From positions 314,499 through 378,498 of the forward strand of contig NW_003314323.1 in the NCBI RefSeq assembly GCF_000143415.4: a DNA stretch of 64,000 nucleotides, given 5' to 3'. How positions within the stretch are numbered: position 1 is the first letter of the stretch; every line of letters starts with the position of its first letter. A program made the translations under genes and the position numbers. The notes below the pieces were generated by a model. It was not told the origin of the DNA and did not search any database. It was given only the letters and a program-made list of their open reading frames with translations. Below are positions 33,871 through 43,611 of this stretch, piece by piece. The DNA is from Selaginella moellendorffii (lineage: Eukaryota; Plantae; Lycopodiophyta).

Positions 33871-36800
33871 ATGCCACAACAGAAGAAGCGTGCCGGTCAA
33901 CCTCAATGGACCCGTTCTCCAGGAAAACGACTAGATCGTTGTGCTAGATTCACTAGAGACACCTCACAAGTTCAAAGCGCTACTTTGGAGGAAGACCATG
34001 GTGGGAGCAGTGGTGTCCAGATCCAAGTAATGGTTGATCCTGATCCAAGTGTTAGCATGCAAGAGCTAGATGGTTCTAGAGAGCGTGGAAATGCAGAAGC
34101 TAGCTATAGCACAAGAGAGGCTGCTGGTGGTAGTGCCATAGGTGGTGGTGTGGAACTTGGTGGCAGAAATGAGGCACCAGGTGCTATAGGTGGTGGGGCA
34201 GATATTGGTGGTGGAAATGGTGGACATGCTGCTGCTCCTGAAGGTCATAGAAATGAGGTGGTAACTATGCTAGAGGCTGACACGATCTTGAATGAGCGAG
34301 TATGCGAGACTATTGTCCAGGCTCAAGAACGAACTATCAGCAGGGTGTTAGGTGAAATGGCTTGGAAAGGATCCCAACATCTTGAGATTCCACTTTGCCG
34401 TCTTAAGCAGAGTCATTGGGTGCGCTCAGCCCACGACCTCAACATGGCTATTATACCTCTTTCACAGAGGTTGGATTCAAGCACACTGCTAGATCATTTA
34501 TTGTGTCGTCATCATTCCCCGGAACAAATCGCATAGACATAGTTACTCATGAGATTGAGCAGACTTGGGATCAAATATGGCAAAGGAAATCTTAGGAGTT
34601 TGATACTTTGATGGCATGCCATAAGGAGACACAAGCCTTTGTAGGCCGGATGTTCTTCATTATTGATGGAAACCACTGGTGGCTTGCGTTTTGGAGGTGT
34701 ATCCAAGAGAAGTTCCAGGACAATGACAAACGACATATTTGTGTTCCAATAACACTTGTGGAGCCACAAGATCGAAACCAAGCTGTGAGGCTTAACTTGG
34801 CATGTCACAAAATCAACATGTAAGAATCTTTTACTTGTAACCTTTGTTCTCACCAACTATGTTACAGGCTTAATCAGTTTGCTTTCCAAGCACATACCTT
34901 GGTCCATGATATCGAGCACTTTCAATATGTTGGCATGCTTTCTCTTGACGAAATCTAAATGTTGTATAGTCGTGAAGTTATGGAAGCGGTTCAAGCAAAG
35001 CTTGTAGCACGTAAAGGGCAAGAGTTGCTTACTTGGTATTAGGTGCCTATGGATTTTTTGGTTGCAGTCTGGGCAAAGGTATCCTTTTCTTGCATGAACT
35101 TGTGTTTTCTACACACAAGTTTTTCTTTTAGCCAATTGTCAAGGCAAAGCAAAACTCATATTTGAAGATTACGCACGTGATGGATGAGGTGCAAAAGAAT
35201 CTTGAACTGTGACAAATTGAGCAGCGCATTTTGAACTCAAAAAAATCAAAGGTGAAGAAGCTACTTGCAATTGCAGACATTCGCCGTGATAAAGATTGGT
35301 TGGATTGCATTGTAGAGATATGCTCTCGTGGCAGTAAGTTAATCCCTTTTATCTTTCTCATTCCACTTTGAAATCCTTGTCCTTGCAGGAAATGGTAAAG
35401 CACCTGAAGAATTAATCTATAACATCACAAAAAGCAAGCTCTCCTTCAACAAACAAACCTCTTGCTTGGAACTCCTCACACTTGACATCGTAACAATGAT
35501 AAAAAGTTGGAGAGCAAACTTGAGAATGTGATGAAGGAGAAACTCTATATCACTCAGAGTATTGCAGCTGTTGAGAAGCTACTTCAAGTATAGGATACAA
35601 AGTTCCTTACTAGTGCCCGCACCGGCATAACATTTCCAGAATATGTCTGAGCTTCCCTTTAAGAGCTTGGGGATGGATGGCTTCCTGATGGCAGCTCAAA
35701 CTCTATAGATTTCAAGAATTAGCCGGGCCAACCATTTTTCTCACGCTGCATGGCATATAAGTATATTGCAAGAAATTGACTTGTTTATTTAATCATGGCT
35801 CTTTTGTAGGTATTTAAATCATTGCCCAGGTGCTCTAGTGTACACAACAAGTGTTTTTCTCAAGCTCTTAACTGGTGGGAAGAAACTTAGCATATATGAG
35901 CTAGAGTTCTAGTGTTCCATTGCGCGGGAGCAAGAACTTTGTCCATAGTACTTGGAGTTGTGGAGGCAAATGCCATTGTCACCTTTTGAGCTTGATCTCT
36001 ACCTCGAGTGTCATCTAGGTTTGATGAGTAAAATTTCCCAGTAGTAACTTATGTTTCTACTTTATTGTAGAGGCACTTTTGGAGGGAGTGGAGATGCCTC
36101 AAGACAGGGACGAGATTCATATTGAGCAGACCGAAGACGAATGAGTGGAGAACCCAGCTGAAAACTCTCCTGCCCCATCTCATCCTATAGCAATTGCTCA
36201 TTCCCTAGATCCTATTGCCTCTACTCGTCCAGCCCCAACTGCTCAAAATGTACGAAGGTAGCTCCATAGTGAGGACGTCCAAGAGAGTAAGAATTTGATT
36301 TCCAATGACTTGCTTATTGTAATTTGGTTGTAGATGTCGGAGAGACCAGCCAACACTCTATACGTCGATGTACAAATGCATTCTTTCCATCCCTCCCCAC
36401 TACTATAGAGGATGACCTCCAAGAGTTATTTTCATCGGCTTCACATAAACATGTATGAAAAATAACATGTATTAACTTTAATATTTCCTGGTTTTAAACA
36501 CTATTCAAGTTCGCCTTCTTTCTCCTACGGGAAGTGTTGGCAACGTGGAAATAGTTATTGAGGACTACTTTCAACTTTCCAACAACGTGAGTTAAGAGTC
36601 TTCTATGTTCCATCGATGGATGCGAGGATTGGGAATGAACAATACTTTTGGCATCGACCTCGCATTCTTCAATCTATCTAATGGGTTACCACCTTTACAA
36701 GGTGACACTCCATTCTGGAACATCCTTCGACCGGACCATATTTCTCAAGTGGTGGATGTGGCATCCAAGGTGTTGCAATACGAGGGCATTATGATAGTCA

Positions 36801-37348
36801 TTCTTCCCCGTTCTTTATTTTGGGGAGGTCTTCTTGCAACGATGGTGGAGAATGATGACTCTAGATTGGTTGAGTTTGCATTAGACTGCCTACTCTCAAA
36901 CATCCCAGTCGAAACAAAAGGAGCAAGTGGCTGAATCCAAAAGGTTTGCATTTCCTTATTTTTCATATCTTAAATTGATTGCCTCTTTTCCTTGTAGGTT
37001 TTAGCATGGAACTACCATGCTCTCTACTGCTACTCTTGCCATCACAGTATTACACGAGTTGATGAGCGTGCAAGTTTGGCATTGCCAGGATATGATAGCT
37101 CAACAGATATCATCCCAAATGTCATTAATGAGGACCATCATATAAAGTTCCTTGGTTATCGACACTGTTCACCAAAGGCCATGCAAATCCTCTTAGAGTT
37201 GTTTTGTCCTCCTAAGAGGATTATGCTTGATGCTACAACAGGTTTTGGTTTGATGGTGCTAGCGGCTAAAGAGACTGAACATGCAGGTTTTGCACTAGAG
37301 AAGGAGAGTGCATTTGAAAGTGTTCTTGGGACATTGCATAACAGGTGA
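33871..37348 (+). pseudogene. Transposon cargo gene: ParB/Srx-like domain + C-terminal beta-class N4C/N6A DNA methyltransferase-like domain, spliced, now inactivated
   Basis: N-terminal part IPLCRL...MFFIIDGNHW (34659-34679; ParB DGxHR motif, R>W by one C>T). C-terminal part EIVIEDYFQL..GIDLAFFNLSNGL..W..KVLQYEGIMIV...SPKAMQILLELFCPPKRIMLDATTGFGLMVLAAKETEHAGFALEKE follows beta-class MTase motif order. Several short GT-AG introns; multiple stops. Confidence 0.75.
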
Positions 37349-39344
37349 TAATAAAGTATAAATTTTTCCTTATAGTAATTCCATCATGGTTGTGTATATT
37401 AGGTGGATCAATGATGTGGGTTATAATTTGCCATGTTATGCAGAAGCAATGGCACAAGCTCATACACAGTTAGAGAGCATAATATTATACGAACTCCTTC
37501 TTTTGTGGATGTGGATGCCGAGAAAGACTAAGTTTAGTTTTTTTTTTTTAGTCGAATTTTTTAGTGAGTTTCTTCTTTGACTTATGATATTTATTTTCTT
37601 ATTAGATTTATATTATTTAGCTTTTTCTTGGACTGAAAATATATCTTAAGTTTTGAATAGAATTGTTGGTTCGTCCCGAACCAATCATTTAAACATCAAC
37701 TTTTGTATTTGGTGGACTATATTGACTTTCATTGACTTTCATTGACTTAAGCTCAGCTCATGAGCTTAGCTCAAAAACTACCCAGCCCTGGCTATGGATA
37801 ATGCTCAAGACATGGATGACAACACTCTCAATGTTCCAAAAGCTACTAGGGCAACTTTCAATGTTATAGACAACATGGAAACATCAGCCTCAATGTTGGA
37901 GAGACAACTTGATCATCATCCATGACCTGAACTTGTTATCCTTCAACACCAACATGATTAGTCTAACCATCTCATCATGCAAACCATTGGAGATGCAGCT
38001 CGGGCTGTGGTTTGAAGTGATCATCATATCTTTCATAGTCCCTAACACTTCACTCAACCACCAGATCCTCAAGAGCATCTCAAGCTGAATTCAACACTTT
38101 AAAGCTACTTCCTCACAGCAGACAAGAGATCACCACCTTGCCACAAGCTCTAATTTTTCTCACAAGGCCATGCACTTCCACCTTGAACCTTCATACCATC
38201 TTGCAGCCACATTACATGGAGAATTAATTTGCTTCAATGTCATCCTAGGCCTCCTCCAGAAATCCTTGAGGCCTTCTGAACTTGCTACAGCAAAGATAGA
38301 GTGGTCCCATCTTACACTTACTTGACAACAAAACATTGGCGGATGTGCAACTTTTGCACTAACTTTGATGACACTTTCTTCTCTAGCTTATGAGTAGTGT
38401 CATCACTCTCATATAGCCCTAGTACTATGTTAGGATCACAACTTTACATAGAGACAACACAATAAACAAACATATCAAGGTTTGCTTTCGATTTTCAAAA
38501 TAATTGGGTGCTTCATTTTGCAAATCACTAGAGCTCATATACTTTCTACTTGTGGATGACCTACACCACCACATAATGCCTCTTTGCTAGTCTTTTTCAT
38601 ACTTTCAGCCAAGTAGTCAACTTCATATGCATGTGATGCTTATTATGTGTGGCGATTTTGCAGCCGCATTGCATGGAGAACCTGGCATCTTAGGCCTCCT
38701 CTAGAACTCCTTGAAACCTCTTGAACTTGCTCTAGCAAAGACGGAATGGTCCCAGCTTGGCCATCTAATATATAGTTAAGCATAATAAATATTGATTATT
38801 TCTTCCCTAATGATTAGCTACAAACACAAACAAAGAAATTGGATTAAAATACTTCTGGTAAATGTGGTAGTTGTTGGGAAGATCCAAATAAAACTGACAA
38901 TGATATGGCAAGTTATATATAATACTAAGAATGAATAGCTATGCTGTGAGGAGTAGCTTTTGCACTCTAAGATTGCTTATATATTTTGACTTCTCTATGA
39001 TCAAATTTTTCTTAACTGGTTTTTTTCTTTCTCCTTCCCCACAATGCAACAATAGCAATCCACCTCTCGCATGGAAGCTAGGAACTTGGTGGCATTGCTT
39101 TAAAATATGGGATTGCCTTCCAATTTGTCTTGTGAGATAGCATCATAAAGTTTGAGCATTTTCAACCACATGGCTGTTCCATTGTCTCAACAACAGACCC
39201 AAGAATACCAGCATAGTCTGAGCGCTTCACCATTCCTGCCACTCTGTATTCGCCAGGATTTCTGGTGTTTGCAACATCCAAAGCCAGCTTCTCGTGCTTC
39301 CAGAAACTTCTCAAGCGTGAAAATGCGATAAGAGCTCCTTACAA

Positions 39345-42106
39345 TCAATCCCATGGCCACACATGGGCATCAAACGGCTTTGTCACGGCCCATCTGATCG
39401 AAATTACCATATTTCTATTTTCATAGTAGTGACCAACGATGTGTGCTTTGTGTGTGTAATTGCTTATTTCCTATGCTTGTGCTGGCTCAACCAGCAATAC
39501 CTCACAAGGTTGACAAGCGTGAGGATGACAACAATCCCCACAAAAGACGCAAGGAGCACCCTGGACAGAGTCTTCATATTCCTGCCGCGAAGGTTGTAGT
39601 TGCACGAGAGGACAAAGAGCGCACATCCATGGCCGTCCACCCTGAAAGATATGGAGTGCGTCTCTTCCACCCTCTTGCCACTCCATACTTCCTCGCCCAG
39701 GCACCGCCATCTCGTTTTGTTGTGCGCGTTGAAGATCACCGAGCTGCTGTTCGCTACCGCCAGGGACGTGTAGAACTCGTCCAGGAGCTCCTCGAGCGTG
39801 ATGGACATTTGGGTCTTCTTCGGGCTAGCATTGAAGAAGGCAACATAGACCTCTCCTGGAAGTCCAAAGTTTCTTGTTTGGTAGAAACCGAAAAAAAAAC
39901 GAGTAGTAAGTACCTGAGTGCCCGTAGGAAACCCATATCCGTGTCAAATCGTCCTCGCTCACACTGATCGCGCATCTTCCCAGGTGATCGTTCACAAGAT
40001 CGCCGGATGGTGTGAGCTTCCATGTCTGTGCAGCTTTAAGTTATGAAAATTTGGTTTTGGAACTGCTTGCAAGCTCGTTACCTGGCTAGGATGGTCGCGA
40101 CAAGGTGAAAAGTGCTCGCTTCGATTTTTCCCATGACTCCCCTTGGCATCAAGGCATGTCTTGTTGGTGTCAAAAACTCGACCAAGGTTGTGGCCGGTGT
40201 TCGTCCTGACTTCAACAAGCGTAAGGTTGATGGCCACAGTATGATTTGAGAGACTTTACCTGTTGGCGTGTGGTATCCACTTGTAGCAGCCTTCAGAGTT
40301 GTTCTTTCGTCTCCAGCATATTTGAGAACTATTGTGTGAGGTGTTCCATCTGGTATGATTCGAGCCACCACATTCAGCTACTTTGATTGTGTCAGTTGCA
40401 AATCGCAATATCTGGCAAATGAGAAAGCGTTGGTCAGAAGCTTTTGCGAACCAAAATTGTACCTCTGTATTTCCAAAGCTATTCGAGTTAATTTCAAGAA
40501 CAGTGGGATTCGTAAGAACATCAAGTGTTGTTTGGTCTAGGTGCCGCATATCCCCACCAAACATCAACGGAGATCTTGCCATGCCCCACAGCGTCATCTA
40601 CAACACGACAAAACAATACTCTTATAAGCAATACGTAAAAGTAATCAAAGGTATCACCTGTGTTTTCATTTCCGAATCGGTAAGTCTTGATGACCGATAA
40701 GGTCCATTATCTGTGTCTAAAGACTGTCGAGATTTAGAAAAAACAAAAGTAGAAACAAAGAAACGAACCTCCATCGGTGAGCCAGCCAAAAGGAAGAACA
40801 TCCAGGTCTGGCCACGAACGACCACCACCGAGACCACTCGCTCCAACAAGGCCAGAAGCCGCAAAATCCCTGTTTTCAACTAGAAAAATTAGCGATACTC
40901 CTGAAGTTCCACAGCTCTACCTCGCGATGTTAAAGGCCGGTTCCAACTCCACCCATGTATCCCAAATATGTGCTGACACACGATACAAGTTGGTCATGTT
41001 GGCTATCGCAGCAGCCATGACAGGCGTTGCGTTTTCGCCGGGTGCAATTGAGTAAACAATCTGACGACCGGTATGAAGGATAGCCTGCACCAATGCACCA
41101 AAGACTCTTGCCTGTTATTTTTTTCCACCAAAAGTATGCAACATCTACCTCAGATACAGCCACGAGCTCTTCCAAATGGAGGTCCCTTTCCCCAAAAGCG
41201 CAGTCGTGCTTAACTGCCATGCATCGGTTAGTTCTTCCAAGCCAGCTGAACAAGACGAACTTACAAGCCTTAGCTTTAGTTTGTGAATCAGTGTGAAGGG
41301 AAATCGTGTGTACTGAAATCGACGCCCCACTCAGCATACTGCCTGTATAGTGACTTGAGATAGAGTCGCCCACCATAGGAGCTTACGTTCACTCCCATGA
41401 AACTATCGGGCATGAACGAGCAATCCTGTCCCACGACCGCGATGTCGCGGGCTTTCCATTTGTATGGACTCCGACTGCCCTGTTTGGATGGATCTTAGAA
41501 CAATCACTGAACTGGAAAGAAGCCATACCTGTGATCCATAGATTGGAGTGTTTAGCTCGACAGCAGCTTTGTGGATGCCACGAATGACCGAGATTCCAAA
41601 CTTGAGACCCAGCTGATGGACGCGATCGGCAACTTCTCGAAATCCCTGGCCATTTCTCGACGAAGGCCAGCGGTCTGGATCGGGCAAAGGCCGGCCATAC
41701 GCGTCCAGTGTGTCAGTGCCACTCGTGAAAGACGAGACACCGGGTTCCACCTTCCGGAACCAGAGATTATCCACGATAACGTACTGCCGAGCGCGACAAT
41801 CTTAGCTCCAGCGACACTATCCATGGCGAAATCTTACCTCGTAGCCGAAATTCCTGAGATACTTCGACACGAGCTCTGCATTCTCCAAGAAATCTTCCTC
41901 GGAGACGGACCAGGAGTAAGAATCGAAGGAATTCCAGCCCCGAGGAGGGGTGAGCGCTCGTCCATTGTCGCCAAAGACACTGCATTGGATCGCATTTCTA
42001 CCAGACATCCAAACAGGGGAAGATCTTACTTGTTAACATCGGCTCTGATCAAGCAAGTCATCGCGAGAAAGAAGAACGTCGACGCGAGCTCCACCGCCAT
42101 CGCCAT
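39345..42106 (-). CDS. GH27 melibiase-family glycosidase (alpha-galactosidase / beta-L-arabinopyranosidase APSE-like), multi-exon
   Basis: Signal peptide, ALTPPRGWNSFDSYSW, YVIVDNLW, DAYGRPLPDPDRWPSS, WPDLDVLPFGWL, MTLWGMARSPLMFGGD, EVYVAFFN..HGCALFVLSC. The last exon(s) are uncertain; the unspliced ORF would stop at 39464. Confidence 0.88.
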
Positions 42107-42270
42107 GGAACCCTAGCTTAGTCTACAGCCTATCAAACTGTAAAGAAAAACAAACCAATGGCGGGGAAGAGATCCTGGGCGCTCATCTAGAATAAAATTT
42201 CGAAATTTTGGGGGAGATTAGCTATTATACAAACGAGAAGAGCGAGCTCCCTCTTTTTTGTTTTGAATCT

Positions 42271-42736
42271 CTACTTAGACTTCTCGGCCTTGGGGCTCTT
42301 CTCGGCAGATCCAGCGCCGGAGGAAGATTTCTTGGGCAAGAGCACGCCGTGAATGTGTGGAATCACGCCTCCATGCGCGATCGTCACGCCTTGCAGGAGC
42401 TTCCCCAATTCGTCGTCGTTCCTCACGGCGAGCTGGATGTGTCTGGGGATTATCCTCGTCTTCTTGTTGTCCCTGGCGGCATTGCCAGCCAGCTCGAGAA
42501 CCTAGCGAGTCGAAATATAGGTAAGAGTCGAGAACGAGAGAGAAGAGGAAACAAACCTCCGCAGCAAGATACTCGAGAACCGCGGCGAGATAGACTGGCG
42601 CTCCACTGCCGACGCGCTTGGCATACCTCCCATTCTTGAGGTAGCGCGCTAATCTCCCCACCGGGAACTGCAAGCCCGCCCTCGCGGACTTTGAGACGCT
42701 CTTCTTCTTGCCCTTGCGCCCTCCCGCCCCGGACAT
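42271..42736 (-). CDS. H2A: Histone H2A variant with KSPK tail (H2A.W/H2A.M type), one intron
   Basis: [44 protein letters not shown]|[36 protein letters not shown]...[23 protein letters not shown]. Confidence 0.95.
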
Positions 42737-42782
42737 TTTCGATCGATTCCCGGGATGCCCTAGAGGCGCTAGAAAGCACTCC

Positions 42783-42885
42783 AGCTATTTAAACACCACC
42801 TCCCAAAACTTCAAATTTGAGCCAATCGGGTGTGAGGGCCCGGATCCCCATCGGACGGCCGAGAGCACCCCGCCATCCGACGGCC
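42783..42885 (-). promoter_or_regulatory. Histone promoter: TATA-like box, CCAAT, octamer-like and nonamer-like motifs
   Basis: TTTAAATAG on the minus strand at ~42783-92; CCAAT ~42822; CCCGGATC (octamer-like) ~42839; CATCCGACG (nonamer-like) ~42874, just upstream of H2A. Confidence 0.5.
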
Positions 42886-42965
42886 AGATTCCGCCGCCAT
42901 AGAAACCATTTATTTTGTTTTTTAACAAAAAAGCGCGAATCAACCCTACACGACGAGGGAATCTG

Positions 42966-43520
42966 TCAAGATCCTCCCAGGGACGACTCTTTCTCGAGAA
43001 AGGCGCACAGCTGCTCCATCACCTGGCGCCCTTTGGCGCTGTTTTGCTGGAATTTCTCGATGCAGCGCTGCTCGATCTTCTCCGCCAGCGACGCCAGCGC
43101 CGAGAGCGTGGAGCAGCGGATGTTCATCTCCTGGCGGAAGAGCGTCCAATCGGGGTTTTGGGGGTGGGGCGAGCACCAGCACTTCTCCTCCACCTCCACG
43201 AAATCCTTGAGCGTCACATTACGCGTCACGATCTGCATTGTCCGCGCCGCCGCGTCCACGCTCGATCGCTCGATGCAGTGGCACACCCTATCGCCGATGA
43301 TCCGCTGGAGCCACCAGGGGCACGGCGCGTTCACCGACACTAACCTAGTGCTCTCCAGCACGCCCGTGGCGCCGTCCACGCGACGCGCGATCGTGTCCAC
43401 GCTCAGGACGTGGGAGAGCTGAGGCTTGTTGTCCAAATCCTGGTACTTGCGCCATGTCGCCGCCGTCACGCGATCCCACGGATGCTTGTACACATGCTCT
43501 TGCTTGTATCCGCGCACCAT
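42966..43520 (-). CDS. PRELI/MSF1 (Ups/slowmo) mitochondrial lipid-transfer protein
   Basis: Intronless 184 aa: QEHVYKHPWDRVTAATWRKY...HVLSVD..R.VD...L...RL...E.S.VD...M...TRN......V.E.C...PHP.NP.WT.F.QE...FQQNSAKGR..ME. Confidence 0.93.
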   Translation of the reverse strand: MVRGYKQEHVYKHPWDRVTAATWRKYQDLDNKPQLSHVLSVDTIARRVDGATGVLESTRLVSVNAPCPWWLQRIIGDRVCHCIERSSVDAAARTMQIVTRNVTLKDFVEVEEKCWCSPHPQNPDWTLFRQEMNIRCSTLSALASLAEKIEQRCIEKFQQNSAKGRQVMEQLCAFLEKESSLGGS

Positions 43521-43611
43521 TCCCCTGCCCTAGCCAAAACCCTAGCCAAGATTCCAAACTTCTGGCAAGAATCTTGTGAATATTCACGTGAATCTTCAAA
43601 AGATTCCATCG

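Larger units (their letters stand above)
29040..37789. mobile_element. ~8.75-kb TIR DNA transposon (Mutator/MULE-like) with two divergent genes
   Basis: Left end GAGCCCGGGTAGGTTTTGAGCTCATGAGTTGAGC; right end reverse complement AGGGCTGGGTAGTTTTTGAGCTAAGCTCATGAGCTGAGC. Identical subterminal 19-mer hairpin at both ends. Possible degenerate 9-bp TSD GGCTAGTGA (29031-39) / GGCTATGGA (37790-98), 7/9 match. Confidence 0.8.

Noticed and set aside
37790-38765. Decayed PPR/DYW-like remnant with an internal repeat (38200-38310 vs 38660-38755)
   Set aside because: Only faint similarity (GFLEEA..); too degraded to call.
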